In this document: one piece after another, positions 50,235-64,000 of the stretch | Layout of the letters: each line of letters starts with the position of its first letter | How positions within the stretch are numbered: position 1 is the first letter of the stretch | Assembly (NCBI RefSeq): GCF_006345805.1 | Contig: NC_043001.1 | Coordinates: forward strand, 17,236,001 to 17,300,000 | DNA: 64,000 bases | Reading direction: 5' to 3' | Source: Octopus sinensis | Taxonomy: Eukaryota | Made by a program: the position numbers and the translations under genes | Notes under the pieces: model-generated | What the model was told of the DNA's origin: nothing | What the model saw: only the letters and a program-made list of their open reading frames with translations | Databases searched by the model: none

Positions 50235-50785
50235 ATCGGGCAAGAAGATTGTATTTTTGATTCCTAAAAGGACTTCTGTAAGAGGTTTATTGCCTCAAAA
50301 TGGCTTTGCATGTCATTAATGTAAGAGGACTATTGCCCTCTTAATGTGTTACTGTGTAAGAGGTTTGTTGCCTTAAAATGTTTTATAAAAAAACAATGTG
50401 CTCGGATATACAGCAATCGGCAGGCGTTGCTGTTGCCCTCATTATTATCATACCTATTTCTTTACTACCCACAAGGAGCTAAACACAGAGAGGACAAACA
50501 AGGACAGACAAACGGATTAAGTCGATTATATCGACTCCAGTGCGTAACTGGTACTTATTTAATCGACCCCGAAAGGATGAAAAGCAAAGTCGACCTCGGC
50601 GGAATTTGAACTCAAAAATTAGCGGCAGACAAAATACCGCTAAGCATTTTGCCCGTCGTCCTAACGCTTCTGCCAACTCGCCGCCTCATTATTTTCATAT
50701 CCTTAATCATTCCATCTCATTATGTCCGTGTCCAGCCCGCAGCTTCTTTTCTTTGTAAGGCCCTTGTGGTCAATTAGATGAATAA
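50235..50785 (+). mobile_element. ORF1-only family copy 4 (3'UTR only, 5'-truncated) with a nested SINE C at 50453-50684
   Basis: 16-bp TSD AAGAAATTGTAGATCC (50219-50234 and 50786-50801). It has GAGG..CCTC hairpins, the TCGGCAGGCG loop and GTCCAGCCCGC. The nested SINE has TSD CTCATTATTWTCATA. Confidence 0.75.
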
Positions 50786-50939
50786 AAGAAATTGTAGATC
50801 CCTCATCACTTGCCTACGACAGATGAAGGTTTTAAGCACAAACACATATACAGTGCAATTTGAATTTAAAAGGCAATGGAATTTTGAAATTCATGAGTAT
50901 TCCCCTACAGTTGAAAGGAAACCACATAGTGGAACCCTA

Positions 50940-51660
50940 TTCTCTTTACTCTTTTACTTGCTTCAGTCATTTGACTGCGGCCATGGTGGAGCACCACCTT
51001 TAGTCGAGCAGCTTGACCCCAAGACTTATTCTTTGTTAGCCAAGTACTTATTCTATCGATCTCTTTTGCTGAACCGCTAAGTTACAGTGACGTAAACACA
51101 CCAGCATCGATTGTCAAGCGATGTTGGGGGGGGGGGACAAACACAGACACACAAACATATACACACACATACATATATATGCATATATACGACGGGCTTC
51201 TTTCAGTTTCCGTCTACCAAATCCACTCACAAGGCTTTGGTTGGCCCGAGGCTATAGTAGAAGACACTTGTCCAAGGTGTCTCACAGTGGGACTGAACCC
51301 ACAACCAATGTGGTTGATAAGCAACTGGTTCTTAATTTATCTTAATTTATCGACTCCGAAAGGATGAAAGGATGAAAGGCAAAGTCGACCTCGGTGGAAT
51401 TTGAACTCAGAACGTAGCGGCAGACGAAATACCTATTTCTTTACTACCCACAAGGGGCTAAACACAGAGAGGACTAACAAGGACAGACATACGGATTAAA
51501 TCGATTACATCGACCCCAGTGCGTAACTGGTACTTAATTTATCGACCCCGAAAGGATGAAAGGCAAAGTCGACCTCGGCGGAATTTGAACTCAGAACGTA
51601 GAGGCAGACGAAATACCGCAAAGCATTTCGTCCGGCGTGCTAACGTTTCTGCCAGTATAT
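50940..51660 (-). mobile_element. SINE family B followed by a family C dimer
   Basis: Family blocks as above. Confidence 0.8.
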
Positions 51661-52045
51661 CGCTCGACTAGCTCGCTGCTTTACAAATATTAGTATTAAA
51701 AATAATGTAAATATAATAAATTCATTATAAACATATACTTTCCTATGCATGTTTATTAAAATTAACTCATAGGCACAGGTGTAGTTGTGTTGGTAAGAAG
51801 CTTACTTCTTTACCACGTGGTCTTGATTTCAGTCCCAATTTGCTGCTCCTTGAGGAAAAGTCTTCTTCTATAGGCCTGGTCCAACTAAAGCCTTCTGGGT
51901 GGATTTAAGAGATGGAAACGGGAAGGAGTTCATCATGTATATAAACATATATATATATATATATATTGGTAAAAACGGTAAGATAACAAAAGAAAGAAAG
52001 AGACCTCAATATGATGTAAATAGAGGAAATTTATCTGTAAAATAA

Positions 52046-52228
52046 TGTTATAATTACTCAATAGTCAAGATAAAACTCTGAGTTTCAGATGCCGAAGTGG
52101 AAATCCACAACACCATCTCTTCGGTTATCTGGCCAGATAACCCAAATAACCGAAGAGATGGTGTTGTGGATTTCCACTTCGGCATCTGAAACTCAGAGTT
52201 TTATCTTGACTATTGAGTAATTATAACA
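52046..52228. repeat. perfect 83-bp inverted repeat with 17-nt spacer
   Basis: Arms are 52046-52128 and 52146-52228. A nested 20-bp palindrome GGTTATCTGGCCAGATAACC sits at the centre. Confidence 0.9.
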
Positions 52229-52260
52229 TATTATTTTAGATATATATATATATATATATA

Positions 52261-52640
52261 CACTACCGTCAGAAATTAATTAGCACCCTTGATTTGCTCT
52301 TCACTCAAGGTATGTGCTGTCACCTAGTGGCCATATCTCGAACTATTGCTTTGTTGCGGGTTCACTGTTGCGCAGAACGATGACGTAACTTTGTTTGCAG
52401 AGCAGTTTGAGAGTCTACAGCCTTATGATGTTGACATAGCAGTGCAACAACAACTTGGAGTGCGGATGCAGACAAATCTTCCTTTGTTTAATAGATATAG
52501 GTAGCGCCTCGCAAGGACCGAAATCACACCATACTAAGTTTTCTCATCGCGTAAGACGTTTTGAACAGCTCATAGGTTAATTGATTTAACCTATTTAATG
52601 TAGAAATTTGAGAAGTGCTAATTAATTTCTGACGCGAGTG
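52261..52640. mobile_element. Tc1/mariner-like MITE
   Basis: TIRs CACTACCGTCAGAAATTAATTAGCAC / CACTCGCGTCAGAAATTAATTAGCAC, flanked by TA. Confidence 0.8.
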
Positions 52641-52702
52641 TATATATATATATAATGTATATTATTAATAATAATGTATATGTACACAACTACATTCACA
52701 TG

Positions 52703-52779
<77 letters not shown>

Positions 52780-52788
52780 AATAATAGA

Positions 52789-54824
<2,036 letters not shown>

Positions 54825-55244
54825 TAATAATAATAGGGAATATGATTCCAAACTTACAGGGAAAAATTCAATTTAGTAATACTAAATCAAATTTCCCAAT
54901 ATATAATATATATATATAAATTAGAGAATAACCAACATGTAGCAATTCAACAATGATATAACTATAGAAAAAATATATACGATAATATACGATAAAATAT
55001 ACGATAAAACATATACCTATAATTAAGTTAAGTACAAAATAATATAATACAAAATATATTATATATATTGTGAAATTTGATTTACTATTACTAAATTGAA
55101 TTTTTCCCCGTAAGTTTGATTATTTTGTACTTTATTTAATTATAGGTATATGTTTTATCGTATATTTAATTTTTTCTGTATGTTGTGATTTAATTATATC
55201 ATTGTTGAATTGCTACATGGTAGTTCTTCTCTAATTTATATATG

Positions 55245-55295
<51 letters not shown>

Positions 55296-55848
55296 TTGTG
55301 TCTCTGTGATTGTACCCCCACCTTCATTTGACAACCGATGTCGGTGTGTTTACGTCTCCGTAACTTAGCGGTTCGGCAAATTAGACCAATAGAGTAAAAC
55401 CTGGGGTCGATTTGTTCAACTAAAGGCGGTGCTCCAGCATGGCCGCAGTCAGATGGCTGAAACAAATAAAACAATAAAACAAAAAAGAAAAGGCTAAATT
55501 GGGTAACAACACTGAACCGGATACAGCATACTTTAAAAAAAATATGACGTTATTCATCTCAAAATTTTAGACCAAGGGAACAACAAAACTATGTAATAGT
55601 GACTTAGAACATTTTACATTTCTAACTATCTAAAATCTCAAAATGTGAGACCGGATTTGCCGCTGTATAACATGCACAAATCAAGTCCTTGAAATTTTGT
55701 GGAAAAGAAAAGGTAATATTTTTATGGTTTATCATGCACTCATACATTCGTTTTTCCATCCGTAATATCGTCGCATAACACAGTAACTTTTGTTATACTC
55801 TTTTACTCTTCTACTTGTTTCAGTCATTTGACTGCGGCCATGCTGTAG

Positions 55849-55956
55849 CAGAAGGAGATATATTTCAAAATTTACAAAAAAATTGGAGAGAATCGCCAAA
55901 AAGACAAGTTGGTTTCTCTCCAATATTTTGTAAATTCTTAAATATAGCTCCTTCTG
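55849..55956. repeat. short inverted-repeat element (~42-bp arms)
   Basis: CAGAAGGAGATATATTTCAAAATTTACAAAA.. mirrored by ..TTTTGTAAATTCTTAAATATAGCTCCTTCTG. Confidence 0.75.
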
Positions 55957-56040
55957 TGTATATATATATACTAGCAAACAAACATGATATTTTTTGAACT
56001 CCTAATACTTTTTCTGTGTACACACACCACACACACACAC

Positions 56041-56101
<61 letters not shown>

Positions 56102-56102
56102 T

Positions 56103-56142
<40 letters not shown>

Positions 56143-56389
56143 CTACCAAACAAACATGATTTTTATTGAACTTTTTGTTGAATATTTTCTAAAATACTTT
56201 CTTGTAAATTGTGTTTAACATTTTCTTATTATTATGAAAGAATGTATATATGTATTTTAATTCTTTTGTGACAAACAGTACTTAACACAAGAAGGCTTTA
56301 CGCTTTATTTTTGACAATCTTTTTCTAAAAAGAGTGAAGCCGGTCAAGTGACTAAACATCTTTAAAATTGCATTTTCAAACCTTCCTTC

Positions 56390-56456
<67 letters not shown>

Positions 56457-56466
56457 TGTGTGTGTG

Positions 56467-56511
<45 letters not shown>

Positions 56512-56779
56512 CGATAATAATAAAGGGTAAAATTGTAAAAAGAGTAGAATTCGGCATGAAAACGGACCATTTTTCGGTAAACTTAAACAATATTTTATAA
56601 TTACGAGTATAATTATAATTAGTATTTTGTTTTGTGCGGGAGTCTCTTCTTATAGTAGAAGAAATAGCTAAGGTTCTTTGGCTGCTATTTCTAAACTTCG
56701 GTATGTGCTAAAGCAAATCTTTGCTGAACCCTAATTATAATTATACTCGTGGTTATAAAATATATATATATGTATATAT

Positions 56780-56975
56780 ATATATATCTTCTTTTATTTG
56801 CTTCAGTCATTTGACTGCGGCCATGCTGGAGCACTTTCTTTAGTCGAGCAAATCGACCCCAGAGCTTATTCTTTGTAAGCCTAGTACTTATTCTATCGGT
56901 CTCTCTTGCCGAACCGCTAAGTGAGAGGGACCTAAACACAGCAGCATCAGTTGTCAACCGATGTTGGCGGGGACA
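56780..56975 (-). mobile_element. SINE family B tail
   Basis: Conserved tail block. Confidence 0.75.
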
Positions 56976-56994
56976 ATATATATATACATATATG

Positions 56995-57052
<58 letters not shown>

Positions 57053-57087
57053 ATATATGGATATGTATATATAAATACATACATATG

Positions 57088-57117
<30 letters not shown>

Positions 57118-57119
<2 letters not shown>

Positions 57120-57451
57120 ACGGGAAAGTTTACGAAAATAAACAAATGACGAAGGCAGGTGGAGTGCAAACATGTACAAACATGTATGCATATATATATA
57201 CATACATGCATATATATATATATCCATATGCATATATACATATACATACATTAATACGTACATACACACACTCACACACACACATATATATATATATGTG
57301 TGTGAGTGTGTGTATGTACGTATTAATGTATGTATATGTATATATGCATATGGATAAATATATGTATGTATATATATATATACATATATGTTTGTACATG
57401 TTTGCACTCCACCTGCCTTCGTCTTTTGTTTATTTTCGTAAACTTTCCTGT

Positions 57452-57453
<2 letters not shown>
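57118..57453. repeat. fold-back palindrome (~165-bp arms) that includes microsatellite sequence
   Basis: TAACGGGAAAGTTTACGAAAATAAAC..CATTAATACGTACATACACACACTCAC is mirrored with the same irregularities. Confidence 0.85.
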
Positions 57454-57482
<29 letters not shown>

Positions 57483-57887
57483 GTGTGTGTGTGTTTGCGT
57501 TTGTGTAGTATCACCATACGTGTATATATGTGTGCGTATGCATGTGAATTATGTAAGTATATGAATGGCGTATATAGATTTCTTACATAAACAAAAATAC
57601 TTCCTAGCTCTCATCGTAGCAAGACATCGTCCCTTCAAGCGATGCAAAAGATAACGCTGAAAACTAATTTATTAATTATTTTCATTGGTTTTGTTTAGTT
57701 TTGTGATATTTATATGTGCAATATGCACATGCATTGTGCAGTGCATTCTTAATACTAATAAACTAAGATTGACATCTGATGCTTTTTTTTATTCCTTGGT
57801 TTTATTGTATTTTTTTTTTATTTTAATTCCGCATATTACGACATGCTAAATGGAAAAAACGACGAGTAAGTAAATAAGGCGAATATG

Positions 57888-57889
<2 letters not shown>

Positions 57890-57949
<60 letters not shown>

Positions 57950-58123
57950 GTAATAATAATATTAATAATGATAATAATGATAATAATGATAATAATAGTA
58001 GTAATAATAATAATATAATAATAATAATAATATAATAATAATAATAATAATAATATAATAATAATAATGATAATAATGATAATAATAATAATATTAATAA
58101 TAATAATAATAATAATAATAATG

Positions 58124-58181
<58 letters not shown>

Positions 58182-58238
58182 TGATGATGATGATGATGAT
58201 AATAATAATATAATAATAATGATAATGATAATAATAAT

Positions 58239-58270
<32 letters not shown>

Positions 58271-58486
58271 ATGATGATGATGATAACAATAATAATAATA
58301 ACAACAATAATAATAATAATGATAAGACATTGTCCCTTCGAGAACTTCCAACTTGTCCCTTGAGGTGTCTGGGTGAGACTAGGGGCCAACTTGTACAAAT
58401 GTGATGCAAAAGTCAAACATAAAATAATAATAATAATAATATAATAATATATAATAATAATAATAATAATAATGATGATGATGATG

Positions 58487-58536
<50 letters not shown>

Positions 58537-58570
58537 TGATAATAATAATAATAACGACGATGATGATGAT
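57890..58570. repeat. long (AAT)n/(GAT)n microsatellite containing a Dong 3'UTR fragment (58343-58421, +)
   Basis: Direct reading. The insert matches 54630-54714. Confidence 0.9.
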
Positions 58571-59689
58571 CTACAGAAAGATAATTGTAAAAGACGGCGT
58601 AACTGCATATGAAGAATAACAAAACAAGATGAATAAATTTTTTTTCTGTTTTAAATGCATGGTGAACGAAAATATCAAATAACATTTATAAAAATGGCTA
58701 AAAGACATAATAATAAGTAATTTGAAGAAAGAAAAATAGTCAAGCGTATTGGCATCTCTGCACAATAATGCATAGATAAAGATAAAATTTTATGTATTAC
58801 GTAGTACGCTATTTATTAGTAATGCGTATAATAAAATATCCCCCAGAAAAAGGTCAAATACTCGTAGTTAGGTCCATATCTGTTTACGATATAAGTAAGG
58901 CCATATCCGGTAGTTCGGAACGGAAGAATCTGTGGGGGAAAGAAAAGGGAGTATGGGTGTATATGCATGCGTGTGAGCCTGTAGGTGTAGGTGTGTATAT
59001 ATCCATGTGCGTACGTCTATATTTCTATACAAGTACATTTATATGTACGTGTGTATATTTATGTTTACATATATGTGTATATGTGTGTGTGTCTGTGTGT
59101 GTGTTTCGAGAGAGAGACAGACAGATGATGCTAGTGTATATCTGTATATATAGGTATATATATGTGTGTGTGTATGTGTGTGTAGGTGGTTCTATAATTC
59201 ATACAATTACAGATATATACGCACATATATATGTGTATATATGTACATATAAATATATATACATACACACACATATATATGTGTGTGTATATGCATAAAT
59301 ATATATATATATATAGGTGAGAAAGTTGGTGTGTATATATATATACACATGTACATATATATGTACATATATATGTGCTTATATATATATGCATATATAT
59401 ACACACACACGCACGCACATATATATATATATTTATGTACATATATATACATATATATATACACATATATACATATATATGCACGTATACATGCGTGTGT
59501 ATTTGTATGTTCCTGATGTAGTCGCACATTTAAGATTGTACGAATGTCTCTGTATATATATATATACATACGCATACATACACGTATGCATGCACGCATA
59601 TTACACACACACATACATACATTTGATGTGTATCATGCGCGTATGCTGAAGTTTTCCCCTAATTCATATAGGAGATATCGACTCTTTAC

Positions 59690-60245
59690 AAGCATCGTGA
59701 TCATGTAAGGGTCCGTGAACGCTTCCATCATCTGAAACGATCCGAGACACATTCTGAATGCTGGTTGATCATTAGGAACTCCAGACAGAGAGATCTTGGG
59801 GGAAAACGATGTTCCGAGCATTGCGGTGATGTTACAGAAGCTCTGTCTATGTTGGACTGGACACCATCTCTGGATGAATGATGAGAAGATCTGTAGGCAG
59901 ACGGTGTATGGTGAACTTGTTTGTAGAGAGCACCTCCAACAGAAACCAAGTGTGCGATTTAAGAATTGCCTTATATCCTCGGTAAATGCACAGATTATGG
60001 AATGAATATTGTGAAAATAATACTTGTAATCGTGACCATAGAGGAAACAACTAAACGTAAGAGTGGTGGGGTAGGGTTTCGGAAAAACACGGATTTCTCA
60101 TGCAGTATTTAAGCAAGTTGCTCTGAATCGCACCTCCATCGTCATGAATGGAGGAAGCTTGGTCTGCAATATCTTCAAACGTGTATGTTTATCAAGGTCT
60201 GTGCTGGTTAGTACAAACTGGAGTGGGAAAAAAGCACTCAATACT
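59690..60245 (+). mobile_element. degraded RTE (BovB-like) LINE RT C-terminus
   Basis: LYKHRDHVRVRERFH..VPSIAVMLQKLCLCWTGH..MNDEKICRQTVYGEL..KPSVRFKNCL. Confidence 0.75.
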
Positions 60246-60485
60246 ATGTTTGAGATTAATATTTTATTTGAACATCTATGTTTAGATATATACGGGGAGA
60301 TTTTACGAAAAAAACAAAAGACGAAGACAGGTGCTGTACAAAACAAACAGATGTATTAGCATAACGCTCAGAAATAGAAAAAGTCTTTTATGTTTCGAGT
60401 CTACGCTCTTCTACAGAAAGGGACACAGAAAATATATACGTTTGGATATACACATACACATACACACACACACACAATTATATAT

Positions 60486-61127
60486 GTTTCTTTATTAGCC
60501 ACACAGGGCTGAACACAGGCGGGACAAATTACAAAGTAGAGCTTTTCTTTTCGGGGAAGAAAAAAAAATGGGGTAGGTTTTCGATCAAAAGGGATCGTAA
60601 AAAGGAAAAAAAAAGAAAAAATCGATTAATAGGGATCGTGTATCACAGAAATGTCATGATGTAAAGTATAAAGGGGGAAGCAGATAAGGTTTATCTGTGG
60701 AAAGAAAAGACTACGGCAAAGAACCACGGCAACCTCGGTTAATAATGTCACATGTTAACACATTTATTTGCCAGAAAGTAAATCTCTGTTTTAAATTTTT
60801 CCGGGTTCATAGGATTATGCTCAAGGTTGCTTCGTCATTCATACGTGCCATCCTTGCTACAGTCACCCATCTTTTTTCGAAACATTCGCTAGACAAAACT
60901 TGCCTCTCTACTCTCACTTTCCTTTTCAAGTGATACTTGAAGAAGTTGATGAGAGATTGACCAGAGAGGAGAGTGTTTGTCTCTAATCCTTTCAGACGCG
61001 TCCACCAGATACATTCTTTCGCCATAGCCACAAGTATGATGAAAATAGCTCTTCCTTCCCGTTTGAAGGAAGGATACGTGACGATATTGACGATAGACTC
61101 GGCTGATAAACCGACTCGTCCCCTCCC
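60486..61127 (-). mobile_element. Tx1/L1-clade LINE 3' end
   Basis: Same family as 37812-38513. 13-bp TSD CACAATTATATAT at 60473-60485 and 61128-61140. Confidence 0.85.
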
Positions 61128-61156
61128 CACAATTATATATATATACACACACACAC

Positions 61157-61208
<52 letters not shown>

Positions 61209-61271
61209 TAAGAGAGGGGGGAAAGAGAAATCTTTATATATATAAATATATGTGTGTATATATAATATATA

Positions 61272-61339
<68 letters not shown>

Positions 61340-61439
61340 CACTTGTTAGGATATTATATATAATATATATAATATATACATGCACATATATGTACTAGAT
61401 TTAAACGAAGGATCGCAAACTATGAGAGTTGTTTTAGAA

Positions 61440-61690
61440 ATAGACATAAAATTAATAATACTAGTCTCAGCAACTTTATTTAGATGTTAAAGGATAATGG
61501 TAAAGATTATGATTAAATTGCAGGTTATAAGCCATTCCATAGCTTATCATATTTCAAATAGGAAATGCCACTTGTGCACCGAAGAGATTTTTCAAATAAT
61601 AGAATCTAAACGCATATTGAATTCTCGGAAACAAAATATTTTATCTTGTTGCCACAACTCAAAATATGCCTTTAGAAAATTTAATTAATT
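61440..61690 (+). mobile_element. Penelope-like GIY-YIG endonuclease C-terminal remnant
   Basis: KDNGKDY..RKCHLCTEEIFQII..LNSRKQNILSCCH resembles the CxLC..EK..I..LN.R.E..S.CRH end of Penelope-like ORFs. Confidence 0.6.
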
Positions 61691-62127
61691 AGGAGATTAA
61701 TATTAAACTGAAAATTGTTACTATAGACATGTTACTAGTACTCGGAATATGTCTTTAGAATGAAAATTATGAGTATAAACAGGATATAAAATAAGAAGTA
61801 ATAATTTAAGCATATAACAGCTAAATTGATTGGCTTGGAGAAGATGCATACTTTATTTGTAATGATTTAGCCTTAATATGATTTTAGAAAATCAAATAAA
61901 GTTACTAAATAGACTATAAATGTAACCAAACATTAAACTATTCTAATTTTTTTGTTATTAACCTAGATATAATCTAGAATGTTAAATAAATTTATTAAAC
62001 AGTTAATGAATTAAACCTAACATTAAAAGCAGAAATAGTATAATAACTAAGGCTTAATTTAAAAATCAAACATAAATTAAAATAGTTGGAAATAACAAAT
62101 ATAAATAACATATTATATTATATTATA

Positions 62128-62462
62128 CTAGCACTATGACCCGGCAACGCCGGGTTATAGTGCTAGTGCATGCATATACAGCTGCGTGCGTGCGCACATA
62201 CACGCGAGTACTGTCCAAATCTGCGACCAATCACATACAGCTAGCTGGCATTCAATTGACGTATCAAGTTTCAGGCATTTTGATTGGGTTTTGGATAGAA
62301 CATTCACAAAAAGGTCACTTCTATTGATTTTTTAATGGCTTTGCGGGGTGACTGGGGAAATGTAAAGATGTGCACGACCACCCTTGGACGGTTTTGAATG
62401 ACCATAGAAAGTGCGAGCCGTCTAACTGAAAGATTGTGGATTTGTATAAAGGACATTCAAAC
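62128..62462 (-). mobile_element. Helentron/DINE-1-like element, second copy
   Basis: About 90% similar by eye to 35490-35815, with an intact terminal hairpin. Confidence 0.6.
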
Positions 62463-62838
62463 ACATGTACACGTATACACACATGTACATGAATTTATTT
62501 CATTTTATTTCTACTTTATTTACTATATATTTATTCTAACTTTACTTTTTATTTTTATTTTTATTATATTTTTATCTTTATTGTTATTTTATACTTTATT
62601 CCATTTTAATTTTATTTTTACTTTATTTCTGCTCGTATATAAATCATCTATATACCTAATCTATATATCAGTACACATAAATATTGATGCACATGTTGAC
62701 ATACACACTTGTTGCGTATACGTGTGTATGTGTATATTGATATATGTGTCTATGTGTGTGTGAATGTGTGTGTATAAACTTGTGTAAATGTGTATAAATA
62801 TATATATATATAATATATATATACATACACACACACAC

Positions 62839-62889
<51 letters not shown>

Positions 62890-62998
62890 TGTAACAATTA
62901 TTCGGTTGCCGTTATAAAACTTCGAGCTTCGGATATCGCGGCTGAAATCTGCTCCGGCATCTCGTCAGTTATTAAGACACACAAAAATGCTATGAACA

Positions 62999-63074
<76 letters not shown>

Positions 63075-63076
<2 letters not shown>

Positions 63077-64000
63077 CTTAGATAAACTTAGATGTGTTTC
63101 GACCAAAGATTGGTCCAGGCCATGTCTAACTTAATAGCACCACCTGATAGGATTATTCGAATCCTGTTTAAGTCAAGTTTTGTTTATGGTCCATACAAGT
63201 AGTGAGTTCTTGTTGGGTGAGTTGTATCCAATTATGGGTGGCTTATCTGGTATTCTTTGAAGGAATCTATCCAGACTCCGTTCAAAGTTGATGGGATCCT
63301 TTTCCTCTTTGATCTCTTTCAGGACAATGTTAAATAGGGCAGGGCCTGTTGAGGAAAAGAAATTATGTTGCAGTGTACATGTATGCTGTGATCTTGAATT
63401 GGGCAGGGGACGTATGGCTCGTTGTCCCAGTCTTGGATGAACCTTGAAGCTAATGTTCAGGTCGTTTGGGCAAAGTTGGCGGTATATTTTCCACATCGTA
63501 CAAATGATGTACCGCTCACGGCGACGCTGGAGGGAGTAAAGTTTCAAGGCTTTAAGGCGATCCCAATAATCGAGAGCAGCCATGCCTTCAATTCGTTTAG
63601 TGAGTGCCCTCTTGGGTGACTCAATCCTCGAGATGTTTTGTCTTGTATGGGGAGACCACAGTGGGCAGCAGTAGTCGAGGTGTGGCCGTACAAAGGAGGA
63701 GAAAAGTGGTATGATGACACCTTGTTCTCTGGACCGGAAAGTTCTTAAGATCCAGGAACTCATCCTACGAGCTATATCGACCTTCTTGTTGATGTGTGCA
63801 CTCCAACTGAGATCGTCATCAACAATTACACCCAGGTCTCTGATATTGTTAGAGGCTGTGAGCGGTTCCCCTAAAGGAAGAGTGTATGGCTGTTTTAGTG
63901 AGGAATTTCTTCCAAAATGCATCAGTTCGAATTTTCCCTCGTTCAGATGCATTTTGTTTCTTTCTGCCCATTGACTCACAGCATATAGATCAGACTGGAG
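63075..64000 (-). mobile_element. CR1-like LINE ORF2 3' part (open over 268 aa, runs off the window end)
   Basis: WAERNKMHLNEGKFELM, RDLGVIVDDDLSW, VRPHLDYCCPLWSP and YSLQRRRERY motifs. Confidence 0.9.

Noticed and set aside
62905-62975. CTGACGA..CGAA hammerhead-like motif on the minus strand
   Set aside because: The GAAA core and stem III are not intact.

Overview
This is AT-rich, repeat-saturated eukaryotic DNA with one 100-N scaffold gap. The SINE families and dense (TA)n/(CA)n/(TACA)n/(GATA)n/(AAT)n microsatellites point to an octopus/cephalopod genome (inference). I found no confidently identifiable host protein-coding gene, rRNA, true tRNA gene or CRISPR array. Most ORFs in the track are microsatellite or antisense artefacts. 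The real content is at least three tRNA-derived SINE families, plus remnants of CR1-like, RTE, Tx1/L1, Dong/R4 and Penelope-like retroelements, mariner/Tc1 fragments, MITEs, Helentron-like elements and several long fold-back palindromes. The most interesting signal is a family of ORF1-only (RRM + CCHC Gag-like, no reverse transcriptase) Tx1/L1-derived elements with four copies: ~18.1-19.83 kb (intact 415-aa ORF), 19.85-22.10 kb, 45.45-47.04 kb (minus) and 50.24-50.79 kb (5'-truncated). Three of the four end at the same site (AAGTAGCTTGC) in the tRNA-like head of one SINE family. All four carry a structured 3' RNA module: tandem GAGG-N7-CCTC hairpins, a covarying hairpin whose loop can pair downstream (pseudoknot), and a short segment complementary to the insertion site. 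Three also keep a terminal stem-loop shared with a Tx1 LINE and a Nin/Deu-type SINE in the same window. Coordinates were read by eye and may be off by a few bases.
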